This document shows, one piece after another, positions 42,604-54,600 of a stretch of 55,037 nt of DNA; position 1 is the first letter of the stretch, and every line of letters begins with the position of its first letter. Both the position numbers and the translations under genes were made by a program. The notes beneath the pieces were generated by a model. The model searched no databases. It was not told the DNA's origin and saw only the letters and a program-made list of their open reading frames with translations. The stretch is from a virus (taxonomy: Duplodnaviria; Caudoviricetes): positions 1 through 55,037 of the IMG/VR virus record IMGVR_UViG_3300032309_001623, one strand, 5' to 3'.

Positions 42604-42662
42604 TGGTGAACATTTAAGTCTAATTTGTAGACTTAGCGAATAAAAGTAAGCCAGGAGAAACC

Positions 42663-45600
42663 ATGGTCGATAATGTAAAAATTGGTATAGAGGCAAGCAG
42701 TAACGGAACGCTGCCAAAAATTGAAGCTGAAGCAGGCGGTGTTAGTAAACAACTAGCTGCAGCCGCACAAAACAGCGACAAATTAAATTCTAGTCTAAAA
42801 GCCAGTAAAGCACTTCAAGCTGTTGCCGCCAAGCAACAGCCTGGAATGAGTAATCAAGAGTACGGTAGTGCTCGTGGTAGTGCTGGTTTAACTGGTGCTA
42901 GTGCCCGTGATTTTGCAAACCAATCTCAAGGGTTGGGTGGATTAGTTCGCCTATACGCCACATACGCTGCTAACATCTTTGCTGTAAGTGCTGCATTTAG
43001 CGCTTTAAAAGGTGCTATGGATACCACCAACATGATCAAAGGTATGGATCAGTTAGGGGCAGTAAGTGGTGTAGCAATTGGTACGATGGCTAAAAACTTA
43101 GTAGCAGCTACTGATGGCGCACTAAGTTTACGTGAAGCTGCACAAGCAACTACCAAAATTATTTCATCAGGTATTGACAGCAGTGCTATTGAAAAGATTG
43201 GTAAAGTAGCCAAGGGTGCTTCACAGGCACTTGGTATCGATATGCAAGATGCAGTTAGTCGTTTAACTCGTGGTATTACTAAACTAGAGCCTGAATTACT
43301 AGACGAATTAGGTATTTTTGTTAAAATTGATGATGTGGTTGAAAAATACGCTATGAGCGTAGGTAAAAGTGCAACTGCCCTAACTGACTTTGAACGTCGT
43401 CAAGCATTTGCTAACGCAGTTCTTGAGCAAGGCAATAAAAAGTTTGGCGATATTAAAATGGATACTAATCCATACGACAAACTATTAGCATCAGTTAAAG
43501 ATTTGGGACAAAAAGTCTTAGAAGTAGTTAATGTAGCATTAGTGCCACTGCTAAATACTTTAGCAAGTAGTCCAACAGCATTGTTAGCTGTAATGGGCAG
43601 TTTAAGTATTATGCTTGTAAAACAAGCACTTCCTGCTATTGGGCAGTTTCGTGAAGGGTTACAAGAAGCAGAAAAATCTGCAGCTGCTTTTGCAAAACAA
43701 AAGGCAGGCGATGCCATAATTGCTCGCACAAAACAATTTGATGCTATTGAGGCACTAATTGAAAAAGAAGCAGACCTGCAAATTGAAAAAACAGACGCTG
43801 CTGCTAAAAAAGTTGCTGAAATTCAAGCTAAAAGCAAGCAAAAAACTGGTAGTGCAGCAATGGGTTTATTGGATACCCCTGCTCAAGATCGCACAAAAGA
43901 AATGTACGCAGCTGCACAAGCTGAAGCAGACGCTATTGATCAACAAGTAAAAAATATTGATAAACGTACAAAAGCTGGAAAAGCGCAAGTAGCCGTTTTA
44001 TCAGAACAAAAAGCTGCTATCTTAGAAAGTATTGCAGTATCTCAAGCAAGTACAAAAGCAGAAGAAGCTTTAGAGGCTAAAAAGGCAGTTCACAGAAAAG
44101 AATTAGAAAAAGATCCAAGTCGTTTTACTGCTGTAGGTGTAGCACAAATTAATGCCGCACAAGCACAAGCTAAAGCCGATCGTACAGCTATGGTTAGCAA
44201 TGCTGGTGTAACAGGCAGTATACTCGGCGTAAGAGCCGCAATGTCAGAGCTTAAAGCAGAGTTTGCTTCACAAAATAAAAGTATGTGGTCAGCCCCGTTT
44301 ACTGTTATTAGTGCTGGGGCTGCTGCTGTAACAGGTCGTTTAAGTGCATTATTAGGTTCGCTAAGTCCTTGGTTAATGGGTTTGCAGTTGGCTATTGCAG
44401 CAGGTACCGCCCTTAACGCTATATTTAGCAAAAACTCAGAACAAGCTGCTAAATTTGAGAATTCTTTAGATGCGTTAAGCAAAGCTATTCAAACCGCCGG
44501 TGATAACGCCGCATACTTTATAAAGCAAGACTGGAATAATGCACTACCGCTAGCTATTATTACTTCTCGTGCTACTGCCTTAAAAGAACTATCTGCCTCA
44601 ATTACCAAAGTTGCTGAAGACTTTGATAAAGTTAGTAGTAAACGAGGTATGTGGGACAGTTTTTGGAATGGCGTATTTGGTGTTATACCTTTTGCTAAAA
44701 ATGATCAACAGAAAGCAGCTAAACTGTTAAGTGAAGGTATTGAAGAAAGTATTAAGCTAATACCATATGGACCACTTCGTAAAGAATACGAAGAAAAAGT
44801 AAAGAAAATACTTGGTACTAATAGAGATTTATCTAAAGACAGTATAACTTTTATATTTAAAACAATGGGTGAGCAAGAAGCAATAAGTGCAGCACAAAAA
44901 GTTGCTAAAGCTCAAGAGGAGGTTGCTTTAAAACAAAAAATAGCTGCCGAAGCTGCTGCAGGAGTAGATCAAGCTTTTAAAGATACTGCAAATGCTTATC
45001 AAGAACTATCAACTTCACTATTTAATGCAAGTCCATTAGAAAAATTTGCTGCCAACTTACTTAATATTAGTGTAAAACTAGAAGATGCTTTAAAAGAGCC
45101 TGAAGCAGCTTTTTCTAGCTTAACAAAGTTATTAACTGAGCCAAAGCAGATGGCTTTATTAGGGCCTGAATCTTTTGCTCAACTACAAGCTAGTAAGGCT
45201 GAAGTTACTGCAATTTCTAAGGAAATAAAATCTCTAGAGGCCGAAGCTGATAAATTAAATAAGCAAAGAGCTAAATTACCAGAAGCAACTATTCAAGGCA
45301 GTGCTGCTGATACAGCTAAAAAACAGAATCAAGCTGAAGCAGAAAAAGTAGACAAAAAACTTGTTGAACTACGTGCAGCGGGTGCAAAACTTACAGCAGA
45401 CATTTATGGGGCCATAAATGTTGATAACTTTAAAACAGCGGGTAAAATATTAGGTGCTGAAATAGCAGCAGCCACAGCACAGGCAGGATTAACAGTTCGT
45501 AGGGCATTTAGCAGCTTATTTACAGGTCAAGCAGCTATTAACGAACAAACTGCAATAGCTAAAGAAGATTTAGCTATTAAAATGACCCTAATCAATACTA

Positions 45601-48600
45601 CGGTTGATTTGGTTAAAAGTAACTTTTTGTTAATTAACAGTAACAAAGAAAAACTACTAGAAGAACGAAAGCTAGAAGCACAAAAAACTCTTGATACTAC
45701 TGTGGGAGATACTCCTGAAAAACGTGATAGAAGAGCTAAGGCTCAAGAATTTCTTGATAGTGGTTATAGTAAAGAGTTTGTAAGTTTAAGTCGTGAAAGA
45801 GATGTAATATCTAGTAAAAGCCCTGCAACTTCTCCTGAGTATAAACGAATGAGTGCTCAGGACCAGCAAAGTATGGCACCTCTTATTAATAGTATTGCAG
45901 GTGCTCAAAAACAATTGCAAGATTTACGAGCTCAAAGTAAATCTATTGATATAAGCAAGATATTGAAGACGCAAGAGGAACAAGTTAGATTAAGCCTAAT
46001 ACAAAAAAATAATGAAGTAAGCATCGGAGAAACAGCTCTAAAAAGATTAGAAATTTATGATCAACTTGGTATTGTACAGGGTCGTAATACTGTAAGAGAT
46101 AAGATTAGGCAAGAAAATAATGTCGAAGAACTTAAACAAAATGTAAAGCAGTTTGAAATAAAAGAAAAAATTGCTTACTTGCAAAAATTAATAGCAAATC
46201 CACCAGAAGGTGCTAATTTAACACAATTAAAAACTGAGGAAGAACAGGCACAAGCAGTACTAAAAAATCTAAACTCCCAGATAGCTAGAGAAAAAAGCTT
46301 AAAACAACAATCAGATATAATTCGTACAATACTAGCAGATAGTAAATATCAGGAAGAAATAGATAAAAAGGATGCCGAAAGAAGAGACTCCGCTCTATCC
46401 GTAACGGAAAATCTAAATAATATTAAAAAAGATGCAGCAAATCAAGAACTAAATAGTTTAGTTCAAATGAATGCAGTTACTGAAAGAACTCGTATTCTTA
46501 GACAACGCGGTATTGATTTACTTGATATTGAAGCACAAAAGCGCGTAAAACTGCAAGCTATAGCTAATGAGGAAGAAGATAAATTAAAAGAAAATCAACG
46601 TATACGAGATAATCTTGAAAAGTTTGGAAAGGAAAGTAAAGATAGAAGTTTCTTTGAAAAATGGGACTTACAAAACGAGCTATGGTTTAGGACCCCATCC
46701 GAAAATCAAGACCGTAATACTAGAAGAGAAGTAGAGCGTATACAGGATCCTAAATTAAGAGAAGAAGGATTCAAAAAGTTAGCAGAAAATGAAGCAAAAA
46801 GACTAGCTTTAACGTCACAAATAGAAGCTGTAGAAAATCGTATTAGAGATATTACAAACTATGTTAATGACACCAAAATTGAAATATATAACCAAGACTC
46901 GCTAACACGGGATTTAGCTAAAGATCGTAGAACAATAGTTGAGGACACAGCTAAAGCCCAAACAAATCAGGTAGAGAAAGCAGCAGCGCTAGCTAGTATA
47001 CTTGACCAGCAAAATCAAAAGCTACAAGATCAAAATAGACTATTAGACGCAGCCAAAAATTTAAGCGATAGTTTAAATGCTACATTTAGTTTATTTGGCG
47101 AGTCTATGTCTAAAGCTGGTGAAGGCTTAGTAAGTATTGTAACTGGATTTGCTGATGCCAGAGTTGCAGCTGAGAAGTACGGTGAAGAAAGAATTAGGGC
47201 AGAGCAAAGACTTGGGGAAGCCAGATCTGACCAAGACCCTAAGGCTGTAGCACAGGCACAAAAAGAGCTTGATAAACTAGACGCTGACAATGCCAGAAAT
47301 GAAATGAAGCGCGATACCGCTATCATTGCTAATACCAAGAAACTGTTTGGCGAAAAAACAGCGGCTTATAAAATATTGGGCGGCATAGAAAAAGCAATGC
47401 ACTTAGCTAGATTAGCTATGGACATTAAAGAAATGTTTTTTGATACTGCTAAAACTGGTACAAGTATTGGTAATTCTTTACTAAGAGCTGGTGCAGCTGG
47501 TGTTGAGGCAGTTGTTAAAGCATATACACTTCCACCACCGCTTGGCTTTGTAACTGGTGCTGCAATGACAGCAATTATTGCCGGTATATTAGGTTCAGCA
47601 TTTAAAGGCGGTGCTCCAGCAAGCGCAGGCTTTGCTATGAACTCAGAACAGCGCCAAGAAACCCAAGGTACTGGAATTACTTATGATGCCAATGGCAATA
47701 AGGTTGAAACTGGTGGCGGAGTATTTGGTGATAGCTCAGCCAAAGTTGATAACATTAACAAGTCTTTAGAAATTATCAAAAATAACTCTATTGACGGTTT
47801 AAGTTACGATAATCAGTTACTAACAGCATTTAAACGCGTTGCTAACTCACTAACTGGTGCAGCAGAAGCTATTTACACAATACCTGGTCTTCGTAAAGGC
47901 GGTAAGTTTGGTACCCAAGCGGGAGAAATGAGCTCAGGCGGAATGTTTAGTGATATACCCTTAATTGGCGGATTACTAGGCAACATCTTTGGTGGTGGTA
48001 CAAGTACTGTTACTACAATTGAAGGTGCTGGTATTCAACTACGTGGTAGTTTTGATCAAATTATTTCAGATACCACAAACAGTATTCAACAATACAAAGA
48101 CGTGTTAACTCAGTTCCACAAAAAGGGCGGCTGGTTTGCTAGTGATGACAGCTGGACTGCAAGACGTCGTGAAACTGATGCTGTTAAAAAAGAAGTCGCA
48201 GATTCTATCAGAGATATATTTGTAGAATCTAAGTCTATATTTGAAAAGATTGGTGAAAGTGCCAATGTATCAAAAGAACAAGTTCAAACAGTATTTGATA
48301 CCTTAAAGTTTGGTGCAGAAGGCGATATTGATTTACAGGGTTTAACTGGAGACCAAATTGTAGCTGAACTAAATGCAGTTATTGGCAGCAAGCTTGATGA
48401 GGCAGCTTTTATATTATTTAGTAGTTTTGCTGAGTACAAGAGATTTGGCGAAGAATACTTAACTACTGTTGTGCGCGTTGTTGATACTAACACAAAAATT
48501 CAGCAAATACTTACAAATATGGGTATTGACAAAACTGTAGAAGGTGTGTTTAGTATTACTGAAGCTATGGCAAAAGCTGCAGGTGGTTTAGATAAATTTG

Positions 48601-49886
48601 TTGAACAATATGAGTTTTACAAAACTAACTTCTTAAGTGATGCAGAGCGATTAGTGCCAGTACAAAAAGCTGTAAGCGATGAGTTAAAGCGTTTAAATAT
48701 TAACACAAGTATTACACGTAAAGGTTTTGTAGCATTAATAAAATCAATGGATGTTACTACTACTAGTGGCCAAGAAACTTACCAAGCTTTAATGGACTTA
48801 GCTCCAGGTATTAATGAAGTATTTAAAGCCGAAGAAAAGATTGCTGATCAACGTGCAGGCTTACAAAAGAAACTTTTAGAAATGGAAGGCAACACAGTTG
48901 CTTTACGCGAAAAAGAACTAGCTGCACTAGATAAAAGTAATCAAGCAATTCAACTGCAAATTTGGGCTTTACAAGATCAACAAACAGCTGCTAAGAACTT
49001 AAAGTCAAATCTTGAAAACGTAACTAAAACCATTAAAGGTCAAATTACTAGTTTAACAGACTATAAAAATACTTTACTTACTGGTGATAAAGGTACGATG
49101 ACTGCAAGTCAGCAGTATCAATCTGCAAAAGATGAGATTGCTGCTTTAATGCGTTTAATTACAGCAACACCAACAACTAAAGCTGAAGAAGATGCTCAAA
49201 GAGCGGCCACTGGTAAACTAACAGGAGCAACTGATAGACTACTGGGTTTAAGTCGTGAATTGTTTGCAAGTGGTGCACAGTACTCTAGTGACTTTGGTTA
49301 TGTTAGTAGCATCTTAGATCAAAGCACAGAAGCTTTAGGAACACAACTTACAAATGCTGAACAACAACTAAATACTTTGACAGAGTCTAACTCATTCTTA
49401 CAAAGTATTGATGTTAGCACTAAATCAACTGCAGAACTACTTGAAACTTATAATCAAAGTGTATTAGCTCTTATAGCCACAGGTTACAATACTGGAGTAG
49501 CTGCAACTAGATCATATTCTGATTCAAATGCAGGAAGTAGTGCCGGGGGCGACGGAAGCGGAGGCAGTTTTGCAGTAGGTACAAATTATGTTCCAAATGA
49601 CATGATGGCTCAAATTCACAAAGGCGAGCGTATTATTCCTGCAGCAGATAACTTTGTGCTAATGTCTAGACTAACTAGCACTGATAATTATACTCGTGAT
49701 ATGTGCCAACAGATCCGTGAATTAAATCAGAAAATAGAAAGTCTAGAGCGTACAGTTGCTGATGGTGCTATAATGAACGCTCAAGCTACCAACCGTAATA
49801 CTGAGCAAATTGCTCAAGCGGTTACAGATGGGTCTGATAAAACAGTCCAAGTGACCCGTATTCAGAATAAGGCTATTATTAAATGA
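42663..49886 (+). CDS. Tape measure protein (T5 pb2-like)
   Basis: 2407 aa, Ala-rich helical; YATYAANIFAVSAAF, LEPELLDELGI; C-terminal FAVGTNYVP.DM.AQIHKGERIIP. Confidence 0.92.
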   Translation: MVDNVKIGIEASSNGTLPKIEAEAGGVSKQLAAAAQNSDKLNSSLKASKALQAVAAKQQPGMSNQEYGSARGSAGLTGASARDFANQSQGLGGLVRLYATYAANIFAVSAAFSALKGAMDTTNMIKGMDQLGAVSGVAIGTMAKNLVAATDGALSLREAAQATTKIISSGIDSSAIEKIGKVAKGASQALGIDMQDAVSRLTRGITKLEPELLDELGIFVKIDDVVEKYAMSVGKSATALTDFERRQAFANAVLEQGNKKFGDIKMDTNPYDKLLASVKDLGQKVLEVVNVALVPLLNTLASSPTALLAVMGSLSIMLVKQALPAIGQFREGLQEAEKSAAAFAKQKAGDAIIARTKQFDAIEALIEKEADLQIEKTDAAAKKVAEIQAKSKQKTGSAAMGLLDTPAQDRTKEMYAAAQAEADAIDQQVKNIDKRTKAGKAQVAVLSEQKAAILESIAVSQASTKAEEALEAKKAVHRKELEKDPSRFTAVGVAQINAAQAQAKADRTAMVSNAGVTGSILGVRAAMSELKAEFASQNKSMWSAPFTVISAGAAAVTGRLSALLGSLSPWLMGLQLAIAAGTALNAIFSKNSEQAAKFENSLDALSKAIQTAGDNAAYFIKQDWNNALPLAIITSRATALKELSASITKVAEDFDKVSSKRGMWDSFWNGVFGVIPFAKNDQQKAAKLLSEGIEESIKLIPYGPLRKEYEEKVKKILGTNRDLSKDSITFIFKTMGEQEAISAAQKVAKAQEEVALKQKIAAEAAAGVDQAFKDTANAYQELSTSLFNASPLEKFAANLLNISVKLEDALKEPEAAFSSLTKLLTEPKQMALLGPESFAQLQASKAEVTAISKEIKSLEAEADKLNKQRAKLPEATIQGSAADTAKKQNQAEAEKVDKKLVELRAAGAKLTADIYGAINVDNFKTAGKILGAEIAAATAQAGLTVRRAFSSLFTGQAAINEQTAIAKEDLAIKMTLINTTVDLVKSNFLLINSNKEKLLEERKLEAQKTLDTTVGDTPEKRDRRAKAQEFLDSGYSKEFVSLSRERDVISSKSPATSPEYKRMSAQDQQSMAPLINSIAGAQKQLQDLRAQSKSIDISKILKTQEEQVRLSLIQKNNEVSIGETALKRLEIYDQLGIVQGRNTVRDKIRQENNVEELKQNVKQFEIKEKIAYLQKLIANPPEGANLTQLKTEEEQAQAVLKNLNSQIAREKSLKQQSDIIRTILADSKYQEEIDKKDAERRDSALSVTENLNNIKKDAANQELNSLVQMNAVTERTRILRQRGIDLLDIEAQKRVKLQAIANEEEDKLKENQRIRDNLEKFGKESKDRSFFEKWDLQNELWFRTPSENQDRNTRREVERIQDPKLREEGFKKLAENEAKRLALTSQIEAVENRIRDITNYVNDTKIEIYNQDSLTRDLAKDRRTIVEDTAKAQTNQVEKAAALASILDQQNQKLQDQNRLLDAAKNLSDSLNATFSLFGESMSKAGEGLVSIVTGFADARVAAEKYGEERIRAEQRLGEARSDQDPKAVAQAQKELDKLDADNARNEMKRDTAIIANTKKLFGEKTAAYKILGGIEKAMHLARLAMDIKEMFFDTAKTGTSIGNSLLRAGAAGVEAVVKAYTLPPPLGFVTGAAMTAIIAGILGSAFKGGAPASAGFAMNSEQRQETQGTGITYDANGNKVETGGGVFGDSSAKVDNINKSLEIIKNNSIDGLSYDNQLLTAFKRVANSLTGAAEAIYTIPGLRKGGKFGTQAGEMSSGGMFSDIPLIGGLLGNIFGGGTSTVTTIEGAGIQLRGSFDQIISDTTNSIQQYKDVLTQFHKKGGWFASDDSWTARRRETDAVKKEVADSIRDIFVESKSIFEKIGESANVSKEQVQTVFDTLKFGAEGDIDLQGLTGDQIVAELNAVIGSKLDEAAFILFSSFAEYKRFGEEYLTTVVRVVDTNTKIQQILTNMGIDKTVEGVFSITEAMAKAAGGLDKFVEQYEFYKTNFLSDAERLVPVQKAVSDELKRLNINTSITRKGFVALIKSMDVTTTSGQETYQALMDLAPGINEVFKAEEKIADQRAGLQKKLLEMEGNTVALREKELAALDKSNQAIQLQIWALQDQQTAAKNLKSNLENVTKTIKGQITSLTDYKNTLLTGDKGTMTASQQYQSAKDEIAALMRLITATPTTKAEEDAQRAATGKLTGATDRLLGLSRELFASGAQYSSDFGYVSSILDQSTEALGTQLTNAEQQLNTLTESNSFLQSIDVSTKSTAELLETYNQSVLALIATGYNTGVAATRSYSDSNAGSSAGGDGSGGSFAVGTNYVPNDMMAQIHKGERIIPAADNFVLMSRLTSTDNYTRDMCQQIRELNQKIESLERTVADGAIMNAQATNRNTEQIAQAVTDGSDKTVQVTRIQNKAIIK

Positions 49887-51628
49887 AAACAGTAGCAGAA
49901 ATTGTGGCTTGGCTTAATACGCCAGGTCACATTAAGTGTATATTAGCTGATATCACAGAAATTGGAAACTTTGTTAACGCAAACGTTTCCAACTTCTTTT
50001 TATCTAATGTTGCTTATTTTGGTGACAATCAAAACTATAATGCCGCTATCACAGGCGGCTTAAGTTTTTCAGAAAGTTTAAATGTTGACGGTCAGGCTTC
50101 GCTTAGTTTTGGTAGTCTTGAAATTGTTAACACTAATGGTATTCATGATAGCTATTTGACATATGTGTGGAATAAACGACCAATTAAAGTTTACTTAGGT
50201 GACCCAAGTTGGCCTAAAACAGATTTTGTATTAATCTTTGATGGTTTAATACAAGAGATCACTGCGCCTAGTGAAAACACCTTGAGCTTTACCGTATTTG
50301 ATAAACTACAACGATTAAATGATCCTATATCAGAGCGTACTTTAGCTGATACCAACTACTCTGAAAAAGCTTTAAAAAATATTCTTCCATTACTATTTGG
50401 CGAAGCCTTTAACATACAACCACTTTTAGTAGATAAAGGCGGCGTTAGTAGTGTTACTGGTACAATAACAGATTCCGCAACCACTACAACACTTACTAAC
50501 CTGTCTTCAACAACCGGTATGGTTGCTGGACAAGTTTTAACTAAAATTAGTGGTACTGGAAACTTTGGTGCCTCACCAACTATTCAAACTATTAACAGCG
50601 CATCTCAAATTACAATAACAAGTGCAACTGCAAATACTGCAGGCAGTATAATCTTTAATGTAAGCGGTATTACTGGAACTGGCCAAATTTACCTAGTTAG
50701 TGATACTGCTATGCAAGGTGTAATTGAAGTCAGAGATAATGGCATACCTATTCAAGTAGTTGAAAGTCCTGGCACAGGCACTTTTAGTTTACTAACAAGA
50801 CCTGTAGGCACAATTACTTGTAGCGCACAAGGTAGTATACAAGGTAGATTTGGCTATACTAATACTGTTGCAGGAATTATTGAACAACTAGTAACCCGCT
50901 ATGGTAATCCAGTTAACAGATTCGACGTTAGCAGTGAAATTAGTTTTGGTGACTTCTTAAATACTAGTCCAGTAGGTTTTTATACTAATGACCGCACAAA
51001 TATTTTAGATGCTTGCAACCAACTAGCAAAAAGTGTAAATGCAAACTTAATTTGTCCGTCAATAGTGGTTTCTGATGACGGGGTAGTTAGCAATAGTAAA
51101 CTACGTTTAGTGGAAATTAAAGCACCGGCAGGTACTCCAAAGTATACACTAAGTGATGACAACATGATACTTAACTCACTAAGTATACAACAAATGTTCC
51201 CAGTTAGACCTAGTATTAAACTAGGCTATTGCAAAAACTACACTATTCAAGCAACAGTTGCTGGCGGTGTAAATCCTCAAAGCCGTTTTGACGAAGCTTA
51301 TTTACCAGCCACGGCAGAAGATCCTGCAAAGAAAACATTGTACAGAGATAGTGGTACTGTTGCAGAGGAAGAAACTCTACTGTTAACTACTGCAGGGGCA
51401 ACAGCAGAAGCAGAAAAACGTTTAGCACTATGGGAAAAACAAAGATATATTGTTACTGCTGACTACTTACCACATTTAATATTTGTGCAACTAGGTGATA
51501 TTGTGAGAATAAAAAGTGCACGATTTGGTTTAATAACACAAGAATTTCCAGATGGAAAATTGGGAATGGTTTATTCCGTAACGCGTAACTGGACTACAGG
51601 AATAGTAAGTATAGGAGTATTAGTATAA
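49883..51628 (+). CDS. Tail tip/baseplate hub-like protein
   Basis: Follows the tape measure with ATGA overlap; LPLLFGEAFNIQP, EVRDNG, LGDIV motifs. Confidence 0.65.
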   Translation: MKTVAEIVAWLNTPGHIKCILADITEIGNFVNANVSNFFLSNVAYFGDNQNYNAAITGGLSFSESLNVDGQASLSFGSLEIVNTNGIHDSYLTYVWNKRPIKVYLGDPSWPKTDFVLIFDGLIQEITAPSENTLSFTVFDKLQRLNDPISERTLADTNYSEKALKNILPLLFGEAFNIQPLLVDKGGVSSVTGTITDSATTTTLTNLSSTTGMVAGQVLTKISGTGNFGASPTIQTINSASQITITSATANTAGSIIFNVSGITGTGQIYLVSDTAMQGVIEVRDNGIPIQVVESPGTGTFSLLTRPVGTITCSAQGSIQGRFGYTNTVAGIIEQLVTRYGNPVNRFDVSSEISFGDFLNTSPVGFYTNDRTNILDACNQLAKSVNANLICPSIVVSDDGVVSNSKLRLVEIKAPAGTPKYTLSDDNMILNSLSIQQMFPVRPSIKLGYCKNYTIQATVAGGVNPQSRFDEAYLPATAEDPAKKTLYRDSGTVAEEETLLLTTAGATAEAEKRLALWEKQRYIVTADYLPHLIFVQLGDIVRIKSARFGLITQEFPDGKLGMVYSVTRNWTTGIVSIGVLV

Positions 51629-51629
51629 T

Positions 51630-54600
51630 ATGCAAACACCAATTAATTCCAGAGATTTAGCTCTGCAAAATACTAGTCCAAGAGTACTTGGTATTAATAC
51701 TAATTACGTTAATTTAACTTGCCCTACTCAACAGTTTAAGTATGGTACAGATAATGCCCCTCAACCTGCACTGGCTGTAGTTACAGCTAGTTTAGTTGGC
51801 TCATTAACTGGTACTGTAGTTTTTGTAACCACTGGTCTAACCCCAGTACCTACTGCCAGCGGCAACACCATAACTATTAATCCAGAACACATGACTGGGG
51901 ACGTAGTTACAATTAATGCTAGTTTAGTGTACCAAGGTGCAACTTATCAAGCAGTGCCAATTACAATTTCCAAGATCTTTAACCAACTAGTAGCTAAAAC
52001 TACTAGGGCTATTGACCTATTGCCTGCTTATACAGACGGATCAGGGTACACTTTACCTGCTGCAGATAACTTTATTGAGCTTTACAATGGCGTAGTAAAG
52101 TTAGACAGTAATGTTGTTTACGGGCCAGCAACACAAACTAAGGGTGGTTTAACTGCTGCAGTTAATGCGTCAACAGGCCAGATTACCTTAACACAGGCAA
52201 GTTCAAATACCTGGACTAGTAACTCAGAAAGTTTTACTTTTACCGCTACACGAGGCGGCATTAGTTATAATACTACTTATACGATAACTAAAGCTAAGCA
52301 AGGTTCGGGCGGTCAACAGTTAGCAGAAGCATATTTATATCAGTGGCTTTCAACAGAACCAGTTACGCCAACTGGAACTAGTACATACACTTGGGCAACC
52401 CAAAGTCATGTTTATAGCAATACAGATTTGTGGAGAACTATAGTTTCTGTAAATCCAGGCGGCGGAGCTAAACTGTGGAAGATTACCAAAGCCGTAACTG
52501 CAGAAGCCTCACTAACAGTAACTCAAGCTAGCTTTACTTGGGCTGGTGGAACAGTTAGACAAATTTCTACAGAAGCTAATGAACTAATTAAAACAGCGCT
52601 TTTAAAAATATATAAAGTAGATGTAGGTCTTCCTGTACCGCCAATTGGTAGTAGTGATTATGCCTGGGCAACAAAAGCTATACAAGCAAAACCTAACTTA
52701 CCCGGACAACCAGGTAATCCAGTAATTCCTATTGGCTGGTCTTTAACAGAGCCAGAAGTTAATCCTGGATTTACACTATGGCAAGCATCAGTTTCAATTA
52801 TAGATAGTCAGGGTTCTTCCCTTACTAGTGTAGACTGGACTACTGCTAGCATTACTGCTATAAGTTCTTCAGGTAGAACTGGTGTTAGTGCTATTACTGC
52901 TGTATTAACAAATGATACTCATGCTATTCCAACTGATTATACAGGCGAGACCATTAATCTTAGTAATAGCGGTACAGATTTATTTATTTATGAAGGTGCA
53001 ACAGCATTAGTTTATGATGGTGTAGGAGATACTGCCGGTAAATTTAAAGTTACTGCAGCAGTTGATGGCGTTACTGTTGGTACACCTGCTGTAGTAACTG
53101 TTGATGGTGTAACAGGTGTTAGATACCCTGACTTAGCTACTGCTGATTTTGCTAAGTCAGGTACAGGCAGTGTTACATTTACCGTTACTGGTATTAGAAA
53201 CATAGCTTCAGGACAGACTGCAGGAGCATCTTTTAGTTATACTGTAAAGCAGTCGTTTACTAAAACTCCTGGTGGTAACCCAAGTGTTGTACACTGGATT
53301 ACCTCTAGCGTTAGTGCAATTAAAAGCACTACTCCAGTTAGTGGAGCAGCAGCGTTTACTCCTGCGTCAATAACTTTTACTAATAAAAAGTCTGTTGGCA
53401 ATATTACTACAGACTACACAGGCTATGTAAAGTTTTATAGAAACGGTACGGAGGTAACCTTAAATCCTAATAATATTACTTCATATACATATACCGTTGA
53501 AGCTGGAACTACTAGTGTAAAATATGAATTATACAGCGAGGCTACGTTTGCTAGCGGTAGTTTACTAGACTCAGAAACTGTGCCAGTTGTTGCAGATGGT
53601 CCAAAAGGTGACAAGGGCGTTACTGGTACTGCTAGTATTACTGCTGTGCTAACAAACGATACCCATGCTATTCCAACTGATAGTCTTGACACAGAAAATA
53701 CTAGAGTTCTTACTAACAGCGGCACTGATTTATTTATCTATGAAGGTGCTACTGGACTAGCCTATACTACCGGAGCACTTGGCCCCGGTACTTTTAATGT
53801 TGCAGCTACAGCTACAGGTGTGACAGCTGGAGCAACTAGTACAGTTACTATTAATAGTGCGGGTACAGTAGTTGCAAACGGTACCGCTGGTGGCATTATT
53901 GGCGTTAGATTTGCAGATTTAGCTACTGCTGCTTTTGCTACCAGTACTACAGGTAAAATTATATTTACTGTAACTGGTCAAAGATTAGACGCTACAGCGT
54001 TTACTTATACTGTACAACAGTCGTTTAGTAAAACACCTAGCGGTGTAGCAGGTCAACCTGGACCCGCCTATTGGCTTATTAGTAGTTCTAGTGTAATTCA
54101 AAGAACTACTCCTGTAACAGGTAACCCAGCTTTTAATCCGACTACAATAACATTTACAGCTAAAAAATCCGTTGGTACTACTGTTAGTGACTATGCAGGA
54201 TTTTTAAAGTTTTATAGAAATAATGTTAACGTACCTTTTGTACCCCCATTGTCCGCTAATACTAGTTCGTACACTTATACTATTGAAGCAGGTACAACCA
54301 GCGTAAAAGTTGAGCTATATAGCGAAGCTGCATTTACTAACTTACTAGACTCAGAAACCGTGCCAGTTGTTGCAGATGGCGGCAAAGGCGACATAGGTGT
54401 TACAGGTAATTCTGCTCGCAGAGCTTATGTGGTAGCAACAGGTACACCTGCAGGTACACCTGCTACATTCACTGCAACTGGAGACAAGCTACCTCTTACT
54501 GATGATACACCGCCCGTATCAGTATGGTTTGCAGGAAAAACTTGGCTATCAGCTGCACCAAGCACCGCCTTAGCTGCTGGCGAAACTCTTTACCAAAGTG

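Noticed and set aside
36185-53725. Multiple minus-strand ORFs within capsid, tape-measure and fibre genes
   Set aside because: Antisense shadows of strongly biased coding frames
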